Source: an uncultured archaeon
Lineage (GTDB): Archaea > Asgardarchaeota > Lokiarchaeia > Sigyniarchaeales > SOKP01
Direction of reading: 5' to 3'
Length of the DNA stretch: 64,000 bases
NCBI GenBank assembly: GCA_964388035.1
Contig: CAYLZE010000008.1
Location: 10,239 to 74,238, forward strand
Part shown: positions 1 through 10,145 of the stretch, one piece after another
How positions within the stretch are numbered: position 1 is the first letter of the stretch
Layout of the letters: the number at the start of each line of letters is the position of its first letter
Translations under genes and position numbers: made by a program
The notes under the pieces: model-generated
Database searches by the model: none
Seen by the model: the letters and a program-made list of their open reading frames with translations, nothing else
What the model was told of the DNA's origin: nothing

Positions 1-82
1 TCACCCATCCGCCCTTTCTAGACTTAGAAATTGAGTAAATTGCCTTCAGGTAATCTTCATGACTTTCGTTTAATTCAAACAT
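1..82 (-). CDS. DtxR/MntR-family metal-dependent transcriptional regulator, N-terminal fragment (gene runs off the window)
   Basis: Minus-strand ATG at 82..80 translates to MFELNESHEDYLKAIYSISKSRKGGWV. The SxEDYLKxIY start is typical of DtxR/MntR/SirR repressors. Confidence 0.55.
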   Translation of the reverse strand, partial: MFELNESHEDYLKAIYSISKSRKGGWV

Positions 83-125
83 GGTTCTATTACGTTAAAA
101 ATAATTAAAAAATTAAAAAAAAAAA

Positions 126-506
126 TTATTTTTCTTGTTCTAATTCTTGAATTCTTTTTGAAATATCTTCTAAAGCGGTTTGAATTCCTTTTAATTCGGA
201 TTCCATGTAGTCTTTTTCTTGCTTTAGCACGGTTAATTGATCCGCAGAACCAATAGGAACGGGAACATTATATACGGGTGCTGCTGGAGAATAATAAGGA
301 TCATAAGCGGTATATCCCCATCCATAACCCCTTCCATACCAGCCTCGACCACGTCCTCGACCCCAATAACCTCTCCCTCTTCCACGCCCCCATCCCATTC
401 CAGGGCCTCTGGTGTATCCTGGCGTGCTATAGCCTGCGCAATAACCTAATGCTCGTCCTGTCATGGGACCCATTCCTGCGGGTCCCGTTCTATCTCCACC
501 GGGCAT
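126..506 (-). CDS. DUF5320-family protein with an RGG/GRG-rich core and a C-terminal coiled coil
   Basis: The N-terminus MPGGDRTGPAGMGPMTGRALGYCAGY matches the conserved DUF5320 start as I recall it. A GRGRGRGYWGRGRGRGWYGRGYGWGY tract follows, and the C-terminus is heptad-like (QEKDYMESELKGIQTALEDISKRIQELEQEK). Confidence 0.6.
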   Translation of the reverse strand: MPGGDRTGPAGMGPMTGRALGYCAGYSTPGYTRGPGMGWGRGRGRGYWGRGRGRGWYGRGYGWGYTAYDPYYSPAAPVYNVPVPIGSADQLTVLKQEKDYMESELKGIQTALEDISKRIQELEQEK

Positions 507-793
507 TTTTTATTTTTTTCACTCCTTAATTTTGTTTTATTTTTATTTTATTTCTAATATTATGAATGATTATTCATATTTAAATATTATGAATATATAT
601 TCAGTAATTAATAAAAAAAAATCCTTATAATAATTAGGTTTAAAAAAAATTGAAAGATAATATGAAGAGACTTGCCAGGATTAATCTGATAATTATTTTA
701 TTCTATAGTTTTATATATTCATAAACTCCAATACCTTCTTAATCAGAAAAATTAAGAAAAAAAAAAGAATAAAATAGCATTTCAATCGGAGAA

Positions 794-1594
794 TTAAGTT
801 ATCTCCATTTTGTTAAAAAAATGTGCTCCTAATGCAATTAAAGCAACTCCAAAGCCAATTACAACCAAGAAATCGAGCCAAATGGGAAAGAACGCCACGT
901 CCAAAATAATAAATCTAAATAAGTCCACGGAATATGCAAAAGGATTAAAAAGCATAGCAATTTGCATGTAAACCGGTATTGTATTATAAGCAAACAGTGC
1001 ACCAGAGAAAAAGAATAGTGGCATGACGATAAAGGTCTGAATTAAACCAAAAGTTTGGAAGTCTTTCATCCGAGCTCCAATTACTAAACCTAAGCCCACG
1101 ATTCCCAAACTGGCCAGTAAAGCAATAGGAACATATAATAGACCGCGCCAGATGAGATCTGTTCCATAGCCAAAGTAACCAAATGCAATACTAATAAGAA
1201 AAATGATTATACTCTGAATTAATGTCTGCAATGCTAAACCAATGGTTCTTCCTAGCATCAGAATTTGACGACTGGTAGGAGACACGATTAATTCCCTAAT
1301 GAAACCAAACATTTTATCTCTCATGAGCCCCATGCCTCCGAATACCCCAGAAAATAAAATGACCATTGCACATATTCCTGATGCAATGAAGGCTTGAGAA
1401 CTTACATGGATGCCACTTATTGAGATGTTAAAGGAAGAAAACCCTCCGCTAAAAACGAGCAGGAACAATATTCCTTGAACAAAAGAGGAGATTATCCGCG
1501 TTTTATTTCTCCAAAAATCCAAAATCTCTCGTCTTGCTAGCACCCAAACCGCTGATAACAACATTTTCGTGTTAAAAGTAATTATTTCTCCCAT
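794..1594 (-). CDS. ABC-2 type transporter permease
   Basis: 266 aa, about 6 hydrophobic helices, lies 8 nt downstream of the ABC ATPase gene. Typical ABC-2 exporter layout. Confidence 0.75.
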   Translation of the reverse strand: MGEIITFNTKMLLSAVWVLARREILDFWRNKTRIISSFVQGILFLLVFSGGFSSFNISISGIHVSSQAFIASGICAMVILFSGVFGGMGLMRDKMFGFIRELIVSPTSRQILMLGRTIGLALQTLIQSIIIFLISIAFGYFGYGTDLIWRGLLYVPIALLASLGIVGLGLVIGARMKDFQTFGLIQTFIVMPLFFFSGALFAYNTIPVYMQIAMLFNPFAYSVDLFRFIILDVAFFPIWLDFLVVIGFGVALIALGAHFFNKMEIT

Positions 1595-1601
1595 TTTTTT
1601 C

Positions 1602-2930
1602 TCACTTCCTCAGATTTCTCAATTGAATTAATTTTTTTATATTTTGGGTAAAATCAGACTTTTCTTCACGGATCGCACTTCCCACGTAATGGAGAAATAC
1701 GTCTTCCAAGGTAGGTTGATGCATACTTATATTTTTTATTGCCAATTTACTGTCATTAATTTTTTGCACGATTGAAGAGAGTTGTTTGCTCCCATTTTCA
1801 CATGATATCGATAATTTAGGTTCCAATCCATCTTTATCCAATAGATTTTCTCCCTTTTTTATTTTAACAATTTGTTCCTTAACGGTATCTGGAAGTTGGT
1901 CAATGAGATTGTCCGTAAATAAGCTTGCTATCCTCTTTTTCGCTTCTAAAGGCGCATTTAAGAACATTTGCGTGGACATGGGGTATTTATTCAATGCCTT
2001 TATAAGTTTCTTGGGATCTGACATGATACCCCGCATTTGTGCCTGAATTATTTGGGGATTTAAATTTTTCATGCCAGGAGGAAGATTTAATTCCATTTGT
2101 TGGGCATCTTGACGATTCTCAGAATCTGCGATAGAGACATTTTTAACACCGCTGATCTCTTTTATTTGGGAGAGAATTTCAGGTAATTTTAAAGGATTTT
2201 CAATCTTTTCTAATTGAATATCAATGACATCTCCCGAAAGGTGCTTTTTAAGATTTTCAGAAGTATCCAATGCCAATATTTTCCCGTGGTCCATGATACA
2301 AATTCGATCTGCGAGCTCATCCGCTTCTTCCATGTAATGGGTGGTAATTAAAATGGTCATTTCTAATTCTCCTTGATTTAATTCCTTTATTTTATCCCAT
2401 ATTTTTCTTCTAGTCTGTGGGTCTAATCCAAGTGTAGGTTCATCCAAAAAGAGAATTTTAGGGTCATGTAGTAAGCCCCTTGCAATTTCCAAACGGCGTT
2501 TCATGCCTCCTGAATAATTTTTAACGAAAGTTTTAGCTCTATCTTCTAGGTCAACTAGTTTCAATACATCTTGTATCTTTTTTTTCCTTTTACCCGAAGA
2601 TATGCCATATAAAATGGCATGGAGTTCCAGATTTTCCCAACCTGTCATTTCATTGTCTAATGCGGGTTCTTGAAACACGATGCCAATGCTTTTTCTCACC
2701 ATGCCTGAATTTTTTTCCACGTCATAGTTATTGACAATCGCTTGTCCTTTAGTTAGTGGTAATAACGTGGATAGAATGCTGATCGTGGTCGTTTTACCGG
2801 CACCATTTGGTCCTAAAAGCGCAAATATTTCTCCCTTTTCAATTGAAAAACTTATATCATCAACAGCCAATACATTTCCGGTGTCATAGATTTTGGTTAA
2901 ATCCTTTATTTCAATTATCTTTTCACTCAA
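1602..2930 (-). CDS. ABC transporter ATP-binding protein (DrrA/ABC-2 type) with an enlarged C-terminal region
   Basis: Walker A GPNGAGKTT, signature YSGGMKRRLEIA, Walker B ILFLDEPTLGLD, H-loop TTHYMEEA. It is 442 aa, whereas this class is usually about 300 aa. Confidence 0.9.
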   Translation of the reverse strand: MSEKIIEIKDLTKIYDTGNVLAVDDISFSIEKGEIFALLGPNGAGKTTTISILSTLLPLTKGQAIVNNYDVEKNSGMVRKSIGIVFQEPALDNEMTGWENLELHAILYGISSGKRKKKIQDVLKLVDLEDRAKTFVKNYSGGMKRRLEIARGLLHDPKILFLDEPTLGLDPQTRRKIWDKIKELNQGELEMTILITTHYMEEADELADRICIMDHGKILALDTSENLKKHLSGDVIDIQLEKIENPLKLPEILSQIKEISGVKNVSIADSENRQDAQQMELNLPPGMKNLNPQIIQAQMRGIMSDPKKLIKALNKYPMSTQMFLNAPLEAKKRIASLFTDNLIDQLPDTVKEQIVKIKKGENLLDKDGLEPKLSISCENGSKQLSSIVQKINDSKLAIKNISMHQPTLEDVFLHYVGSAIREEKSDFTQNIKKLIQLRNLRK

Positions 2931-3735
2931 TTTTTAGGTTCACCCTTTATATATTTTTAATATCCGTTACTTTGACCCGATGTAATTTAGGATCTCGCAA
3001 TATGTTTAATCATTCTTAAAAATCTAGTTCATTTCGATAGATATCTTTTATCCATCTATCATATTACAGAAAATATATTATTAATGATTAAAAATTTTAA
3101 TCAGACCTTTGGTAACCAAAAAATTTATAAGATTTAAATAAAAAGTGCTAAGAAAAAGCAATTTCATACATATTACGTGATTTAGCTTGAGAAATTAATT
3201 TGATAAAATAGGTTATTTAGTAAGAATTTATGTTTCCAAATGAATTCAAAACAAGAATTAATTCTTTTTCCATCCTTGAATGGTTTCTTACCACTTTTTC
3301 TTCAATTTTCCCTTCAATTTGTTAATTCATAATTGCATCTTTTTTTTCCCTTAATGATAAATAAATAAGCTAATAGGTGGCATGCCTTCTTAATGCATTT
3401 TAAATGCTTTAGAATACTCTTATCGCTCAGTTCATTTTATCTTTCTTTTATGGAATAAATTTTGGAAGCACTTATCCAAGGTATTTTGGAGATAATGAAT
3501 ATTTGTATTGATATTAGAAGGATTTTATCTATTTAAATTTCAAAAATTCTAAAAATTTAAATAAAAGTATAATGGTTAAGTTATTTGGAATGAAACAGTG
3601 AACTATGTCATCACATTGGAACAAATATACTTAAAAAATGAGTATTAAAATTCCTTTAGAAATTACGTATGAGATGATTTAGAGAATAATATTTATACAA
3701 GATAAAAAAAAATTAGAAATTAAAAAATTAAAGGA

Positions 3736-4020
3736 TTATAGTATCTCAAAACAAGTTTTAGCATCCATCCCAGGTTCTAAAAGGGGCAATAATTTTGCCA
3801 AGGATTTTCCCATATTAGATGTATGGAGTTTTAAAGCATCTGAATCCTTATATCTCTCGTAGAAAATAATCATATTTTTTTTCCCTCTAACTGTATGAGG
3901 AATATACTCTAAAGTGCCGGGTTCTGCCGCTTTAATTTGAGGAATCACTTCCTTTAAAACCTCTTTTGCTTCTTCCATTTTACCTTCTTTTACTTGCACG
4001 CTAGCAATTAATGTAACCAT
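3736..4020 (-). CDS. antibiotic-biosynthesis-monooxygenase (ABM/YgiN-like) domain protein
   Basis: 94 aa with a ferredoxin-like ABM pattern: VQVKEGKMEEAKEVLKEV...EPGTLEY...IIFYERYKDSDALKLH. Confidence 0.5.
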   Translation of the reverse strand: MVTLIASVQVKEGKMEEAKEVLKEVIPQIKAAEPGTLEYIPHTVRGKKNMIIFYERYKDSDALKLHTSNMGKSLAKLLPLLEPGMDAKTCFEIL

Positions 4021-4249
4021 AATATCACTTATTCAAATTTTTTGACTGTATATTACAGAAAAATACTTCCTAAGTTTTAATGGTTAGGATTAAAAAAATA
4101 CATACTGAATTATGCTTGAATCCTTTTTAATGAAGACTATAATAAAATAAATTAAAATAAGAAATTTCAAATGGTATTTAATAAAAAGCGAGAGTTTTTA
4201 ATTATTGAACATTTATAAAATCGAAAATAAATTCAAGAGGAATTATATT

Positions 4250-5419
4250 ATGACAACATTACCTAAAGCGATAAAAAAATCCCCGAGCGAAGCAGAATTA
4301 AATATGAGGTTAGAAAAAGTAAAAGAATTAATGAAAAAGGAGAATCTGGATTATTATGTATCGTTTAATCCCATTAATATCTATTATCTAACTAATTTTG
4401 CTAACTATGTCCATGAGCGTCCATTTATCTTGGTGATCCCCAAGAAAGGAGCAATGAATCTTCTAGTTCCTTTTTTAGAGAAAAGTCACGTTGAGACGAG
4501 GGCAGTTAGTCCGCTGGATATAGTTCACTATTTTGAATTTCCCGCTCCTCAAGGGCAGAATTGGTATGATGAATATAGAAAGTTAATTGATAACAGTGCG
4601 AGAGTAGGAATAGAATCTGCAATGACGCTTAGAATTTATGATCAGACTCCCGGAACAAAAATCAAGACGGATATCATTGACGAATGTCGATTAATAAAGA
4701 CGGAATACGAGATAGGAAGAAATGTACATGCGTGTAAAATTATAAGTAAAGGACATGAAAAATTATTAGATGCATGCAAACCGGGCGTGCCTTTTATCAA
4801 AGTATATAATGAAGTATCTGGTTATCTTATGGGGCAAGTCTTAAAAGACATACCAAACCTTAATCCCATGGTTTCAAGAGCCGATGCAATGGTTCTCCCA
4901 CCCAGTAGATCACATGATCCGCATAACATGACAAACATCTTTTTTACCATGGAAAATGGGGGACCTCATGTTTCGGGAGTGGGAGGACAAATTGATGGTT
5001 ACGGAGTGGAAATAGAGCGTTCATTTTTCTTAGGGCAAGTTCCAGAAGCCGCTAAAGAACCATTTGCTGTGATGATGGAAGCTAGAGAAAAAGCCTATGA
5101 ATTAACGATTCCTGGAGGCAATTTCAGTGAGGTGGATGAAGAAGTACGTAAAATCATTGAAAAAAGAGGATATTCTGACAAGCTATTACACCGGACGGGC
5201 CATGGATTAGGAATAACGGGCCACGAAGGCCCTTATATCGCGGTTGGATATGACAAAAAAATTGAACCTGGAATGATAGTAAGTATCGAACCAGGGATTT
5301 ACATTCCTAAAGTAGGAGGATTTCGGCATTCAGATACCGTATTAATTACGGACGACGGAAATATTAGCTTAACTCAAGCACCCGATTCATTAGAAGAATT
5401 AACTCTCTCAATAGAGTAA
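4250..5419 (+). CDS. M24-family Xaa-Pro peptidase (creatinase-like N-domain plus pita-bread domain)
   Basis: Motifs HRTGHGLGITGHEGPY, SIEPGIY and GGFRHSDTVLIT. I prefer the ATG at 4250, preceded by AAGAGG, over the TTG at 4205 given in the ORF track. Confidence 0.85.
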   Translation: MTTLPKAIKKSPSEAELNMRLEKVKELMKKENLDYYVSFNPINIYYLTNFANYVHERPFILVIPKKGAMNLLVPFLEKSHVETRAVSPLDIVHYFEFPAPQGQNWYDEYRKLIDNSARVGIESAMTLRIYDQTPGTKIKTDIIDECRLIKTEYEIGRNVHACKIISKGHEKLLDACKPGVPFIKVYNEVSGYLMGQVLKDIPNLNPMVSRADAMVLPPSRSHDPHNMTNIFFTMENGGPHVSGVGGQIDGYGVEIERSFFLGQVPEAAKEPFAVMMEAREKAYELTIPGGNFSEVDEEVRKIIEKRGYSDKLLHRTGHGLGITGHEGPYIAVGYDKKIEPGMIVSIEPGIYIPKVGGFRHSDTVLITDDGNISLTQAPDSLEELTLSIE

Positions 5420-5497
5420 TATTATATGACAACAATGATTCTTGATAACTCTTGACTAATTAGTTTAAAAAAAATATAGTTAAAATAAAGTATAATC

Positions 5498-7120
5498 TTA
5501 TTTTTTTTCTATTTCCTTCAATACTTCTTTTCGGAGCGTTACCCTATCTGTCTTTTCCAATCTTGTTAGGGGTAAAGAGTCGCGAAATACAATTTTTCTC
5601 GGAACTTTAAAATCAGCCAATTTTTGCTTGCATAATTTTAAAATTTCCTCCTCGCTAGGTTTCTTACCACTTTCCGGAATGACAAATAACCAGATAACTT
5701 CTCCATAAATTTTATCAGGGATTCCAATTGCAGCAGCCATAGCTACATCTGGATGATCTAATACGACTTCCTCCACTTCTGTCGGTAACACGGTAAAGCT
5801 CCCTACACGTATTATAAATTTTTTACGTCCTTTTACCCATAATCCTCCTGTCTCATCAAGATATCCAAGATCTCCCATTTTACACCAACCATCTTTCGTA
5901 AATCCCGCTTTATCTTCGTTGGGCATTTTAAAATAAGATTTAATGGTCATGGGACCTTTCACGAGAATTTCGCCTTCTTCGCCAGCAGGTACTTCCTTTC
6001 CATCATCATCCACGATTTTTATCTTCTGCTCGGGAAGTGGGTTTCCTGCATATCCATTTGCCAATTTTTCTAAAGAATCACCTAAAGCTGAGAAAGTAGT
6101 TTCCGTTCCTGCTTCCGTGCTTCCATACCCATTGATTATATTTTTTGTGAACTTTTCGGTGACTCCTTGCAATAATTCTAAATTCAATTTTTCTCCACTT
6201 AGTAAGACTAATTTCACGGAAGAAAGGTCATATTTATCGAGATCAGGAAGGCTCAATAGAATCGCAAGCATGGTAGGCACGCCTCCGGAAAAAGCAATCT
6301 TCTCTTTTTGAATTGACTCCAAGACGGGATAAGGAGACCAAGACTCCTGGACGACAAGTTGCATGCCGCCACAAAGTGGACATCCGATAATCTCCTCCAC
6401 CCCTCCAACATGACTGGTTGGCAAATTCGAGAGCACCGTTGTTCTTTGAGGAATCCCCACGACTTCGAAATTTTTGAGAAAAGCTTCAGTTTCATAATAG
6501 ATAGAATAGACAATGTTGCCTTGAGAAAGAAGTGCTGCTTTTGGTAAACCCGAGGTACCTCCAGTAAAAACAATCAATGCTCCATCATCATGAGTTAAAG
6601 CCTTTTTTGCCTTATCTAATTCAGCATCCAAGTCAAGGGGCTTTTCTAAAAGCGATTGTAATGACTGATCGATCTTCTTTCCTTCAACAGATATCAATAT
6701 CGCGTTAGGACAAGCACTTTTGGATACATCCAAGACAGTAGATGCAATATCAAATTCATCAAAATTTTCCCGCATTACGATGATTTTTGGATCCACGTGA
6801 GAGAGAAAGCGTTGGTAATCAGCAGGACGATACCTAACATCCATAGGGGTTGTAATTGCCCCAATCATGGTAGAAGCACAGAATGTGAGGATGAATTCCA
6901 AGCTGGTGGGGAGGATCGTTATAATCCTGTCTCCTTTCTTTACACCTAAATAAAGAAAGGCTTTGGCTGTTTGATTAACCAGTTCCAATAATTCTCCCGC
7001 CGTCGTAGTCTTTCCTTTAAACTTAATAGTCGGAAACTCGGGGTCTTTTTTAGCCCAATATTCAAGATATTGCCAAAAATATTCTAATTTCGGTAAATCC
7101 ATTTTAAGATCACTTTTCAA
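5498..7120 (-). CDS. AMP-dependent acyl-CoA synthetase/ligase
   Basis: Adenylate-forming motifs FTGGTSGLPKAA, GYGSTE, GDLGYLDETGGLWVKGRKK and a C-terminal KVPRKIVF. Confidence 0.9.
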   Translation of the reverse strand: MKSDLKMDLPKLEYFWQYLEYWAKKDPEFPTIKFKGKTTTAGELLELVNQTAKAFLYLGVKKGDRIITILPTSLEFILTFCASTMIGAITTPMDVRYRPADYQRFLSHVDPKIIVMRENFDEFDIASTVLDVSKSACPNAILISVEGKKIDQSLQSLLEKPLDLDAELDKAKKALTHDDGALIVFTGGTSGLPKAALLSQGNIVYSIYYETEAFLKNFEVVGIPQRTTVLSNLPTSHVGGVEEIIGCPLCGGMQLVVQESWSPYPVLESIQKEKIAFSGGVPTMLAILLSLPDLDKYDLSSVKLVLLSGEKLNLELLQGVTEKFTKNIINGYGSTEAGTETTFSALGDSLEKLANGYAGNPLPEQKIKIVDDDGKEVPAGEEGEILVKGPMTIKSYFKMPNEDKAGFTKDGWCKMGDLGYLDETGGLWVKGRKKFIIRVGSFTVLPTEVEEVVLDHPDVAMAAAIGIPDKIYGEVIWLFVIPESGKKPSEEEILKLCKQKLADFKVPRKIVFRDSLPLTRLEKTDRVTLRKEVLKEIEKK

Positions 7121-7232
7121 GTAATAATTTACGATAACAAGTGATGATTTGGTCGAATTCTAATTATACCTTTTTATTATTTGCAACCATAATTCCAATT
7201 ATAAGTTTAAAATATTTAAAAAAGGAATAAAA

Positions 7233-8087
7233 ATGGAATTTGAAACCATAAAATTTGAATTAAGAGAGGATGGTATTGGAATTCTCACGCTTAATCGTCC
7301 GGAACAACTGAATGCCATGAATTTTCAGATGTCAGAAGAACTTCATTCACTTTATGACCATCTGATGACGAATCTCAATTGTCGCGTCCTTCTTCTAAGG
7401 GCTGAAGGAAGAGTATTTTGTGCGGGTCTGGATTTAAAGGAGTCCGCCATCATGCAATCTAAAAAAAAGCCCGAGGAATTGAAGCAAAAATTCTTTTTCT
7501 TGAATGTGCCCGAAAAAGATATCATTAAAGCTAAGATTTATGCGCAATGGCGTGCTTCGCAGATCATTATTAAAATGCGCAGAATAAGCCAACCCATTAT
7601 CGCCTTAGTGCAGGGTGCGGCTTCAGGAGTGGGTTTTGCGTTTAGTTTAGCTTCCGACATGATCATAGCAGGTAAAGAAGCAAAATTTAATAATGCTTTC
7701 ATAAACGTGGGCTTTTCTGGATCCGATTTGGCTTCAAGCTATCACTTACCCCGGCTTATTGGCATGTCCCGAGCGGCAGAACTTTTATACACGGGCAGAT
7801 TCGTGGAAGCGGAAGAGGCGGTGCGAATTGGTTTGGCTTTGAAAAGGGTAGAAAATGACAAGTTACTTGAAAGTGGCATGGAGTTAGCGAATAGTTTGCT
7901 GGCTAAAAGTCCCTTAGGGTTAAGAATGACAAAAGAAGCGATTAATCTTTCCCTTGATTCGCCAAGCCTTGAAACTATGATAAATCTAGAGAATAGAACT
8001 CAGATGCTCTGTTCCTCCTCAACTGACATGAATGAGGGTATTGCTGCCTTTTTTGAGAAGAGAAAACCTAAATATCCCCTACAATAA
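7233..8087 (+). CDS. enoyl-CoA hydratase/isomerase (crotonase) family protein, paralog 1
   Basis: LNRPEQLNAM, FCAGLDLKE, QGAASGVGFAFSLASDM, AFFEKRKPKY. Confidence 0.85.
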   Translation: MEFETIKFELREDGIGILTLNRPEQLNAMNFQMSEELHSLYDHLMTNLNCRVLLLRAEGRVFCAGLDLKESAIMQSKKKPEELKQKFFFLNVPEKDIIKAKIYAQWRASQIIIKMRRISQPIIALVQGAASGVGFAFSLASDMIIAGKEAKFNNAFINVGFSGSDLASSYHLPRLIGMSRAAELLYTGRFVEAEEAVRIGLALKRVENDKLLESGMELANSLLAKSPLGLRMTKEAINLSLDSPSLETMINLENRTQMLCSSSTDMNEGIAAFFEKRKPKYPLQ

Positions 8088-8165
8088 TAAATAAATTATC
8101 TTTTTTTTCTTCAATTTCTTTTTTAAAAGCCATGTATTAAGCGAAATATTCGCTAAGTAATTAAG

Positions 8166-8837
8166 CTAAAGATATTTCTCATAATCGGAGCATAATAAAT
8201 AAATAGGTTCCGTATCCTCCTCAATTTCCATGTAACGTCGATTTACTCCGATATAGAAATTATCTGATTTATCATCATTAACACTAGAGATTTCACCAAT
8301 TAAGATCCACCCCGAGGTCTCTTTTGCCCAAAATCTATGAAAAACACGAGCGGGTAAATATATTGATTGACCCGGTTGCAGGATTATTTTTTCTCGAGGC
8401 TGTACAACTTTTTTAATTCCATCAATGGATATCATGACATTTTCATCGGAAAATTCATTTTCTTTCGTTTTATGCCGTACTTGAACTATCAATTCTCCTC
8501 CTCCTCTGTTCATTATGTCCTCGAATTTATTAAAATGATAATGCCAAGGAAGCTTTTGACCTGGAAGCCCAATCATCACTTTTTCACAAAAATTTCTTCC
8601 CGAATTATATTTTCCATTGCGTATCGTAAAATGAATTAGTCCAAACTTATAAAAGTCTCCCTTTCCATAATCCGTGATATCCCATCCTAACAGATGGTTG
8701 CGTATATCTTCGATTTCATTGCTCTTTTCTTGCCATGTGGTTAATGTCCAATACGCAAATTCGGGCAAATAAAACTTATTTTTGTTGAAAAAATCAATCG
8801 ATTTTAATATTAGATTATCTATATATGATCTTTTCAT
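8166..8837 (-). CDS. D-lyxose/D-mannose ketol-isomerase (cupin)
   Basis: Colinear from end to end with the D-lyxose isomerase family as I remember it: LGWDITDYG, WHYHFNKFEDIMNRGGGELIVQV, EISSVNDDKSDNFY. Confidence 0.75.
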   Translation of the reverse strand: MKRSYIDNLILKSIDFFNKNKFYLPEFAYWTLTTWQEKSNEIEDIRNHLLGWDITDYGKGDFYKFGLIHFTIRNGKYNSGRNFCEKVMIGLPGQKLPWHYHFNKFEDIMNRGGGELIVQVRHKTKENEFSDENVMISIDGIKKVVQPREKIILQPGQSIYLPARVFHRFWAKETSGWILIGEISSVNDDKSDNFYIGVNRRYMEIEEDTEPIYLLCSDYEKYL

Positions 8838-9062
8838 GACAATAATACTAGATTGCTTAATTTTTAGAAAAATTCGAGATGTATTAAAATATCTTATTAT
8901 TTGTGAGGTTGAGTTCCTTTAAATAGGTACAAACTTATTGGAAAAGGGATTTCTTTTGAATAGATATAAAAGAAGCGGCATTGAAATTCTGCTCATTTAG
9001 CACCTTTTGGTAGAAAAATGAGTATCATTTTCTGATATCTCTGAGTTCTTTAAAAATCATGT

Positions 9063-10052
9063 TTAATCTTGAGGCATTATTCCTAATACTTCTTTTATTA
9101 ATTTTGCCGCGGCGTATCCCGTGATATTGGACACATCGAATTGGGGGCAATATTCCACAATATCAAAAGCAGATATTGGCAATTCCTCTAAATTTTGAAG
9201 TAAATCCACGATATCAGCAGTTGACAAGCCGCCCGGTTCGGGATTTCCAACTCCCGGAGCAAAACCGGGATCTAATACGTCCAAATCCAAGGATAGATAA
9301 ACACTTTCTATTTCCTTTAGATGATTTTTTATTTCTTTGGCTATCGATATAGCTCCCTTCTCCTTAAACTCACTCTTTGTTATTGTCGTAATTTCATTAT
9401 GCTTAATATAATCATATTGAAGATTAGTACTAGCTCGTATTCCCGCAAGAAGGATATTTTTAGGATCTATTGATGTTTCATCAATGATCCGTCGCAAAAC
9501 GCAAGCATGTGAAAATTTATTATCCTCATATTGTTCGTATAAATCAGGATGGGCATCGATATAAATAATACCGACACTCTTGTTATTAAATACTTCCATT
9601 CTATTAAGCGCAGTAAAGCAAAAGAAAGTAATCAAATGATCTCCTCCTAAAAAAAGGTATTTTTTCTCATTCCCTCCCACTGTTAAAAGAAGGTCAGAGA
9701 CTCTTTTTGGCATGCTGGAAGGATCCTCTTTTGTCAATGATAAGTCTCCCAAATCAAAAATCTTCCATTTTTGAGCAATATTTACTAATTTTTCTGTATA
9801 AGGATTATAAAGTTTTGCTGTGGTACTAGTTCTTAATAACGCGGGGGCATCGCGTGCACCTTTTCGAAATGAAGAGGAAGCATCCCAAGGAATCCCCAAT
9901 ACTGCTAAATTAGAGCTCATGGCATCGTTAACCAATGCACCAAAAAACAGATCTTTATTACTTATTGTTGTCAAGAAAATATCATCATTTAGAAAATAAG
10001 ATTTAAAAGAAGAAAATTGATATGAAATAAGAAATTTTTGAATGGAAATCAC
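9063..10052 (-). CDS. speB: agmatinase/ureohydrolase family protein
   Basis: Arginase-fold motifs LGIPWDASSSFRKGARDAP, GGDHLITF, IDAHPDL, SLDLDVLDPGFAPGVGNPEPGG. The start is uncertain: GTG at 10052, or an internal ATG near 9920. Confidence 0.8.
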   Translation of the reverse strand: MISIQKFLISYQFSSFKSYFLNDDIFLTTISNKDLFFGALVNDAMSSNLAVLGIPWDASSSFRKGARDAPALLRTSTTAKLYNPYTEKLVNIAQKWKIFDLGDLSLTKEDPSSMPKRVSDLLLTVGGNEKKYLFLGGDHLITFFCFTALNRMEVFNNKSVGIIYIDAHPDLYEQYEDNKFSHACVLRRIIDETSIDPKNILLAGIRASTNLQYDYIKHNEITTITKSEFKEKGAISIAKEIKNHLKEIESVYLSLDLDVLDPGFAPGVGNPEPGGLSTADIVDLLQNLEELPISAFDIVEYCPQFDVSNITGYAAAKLIKEVLGIMPQD

Positions 10053-10145
10053 TCTTTCAAAAATAGTCTATTTATAATAAGTTCTTCTGGATTAAGGAAG
10101 ATTAAAAAAAGAATTTATCAGTTCTTGAAATCGGAATTGAAGAAG

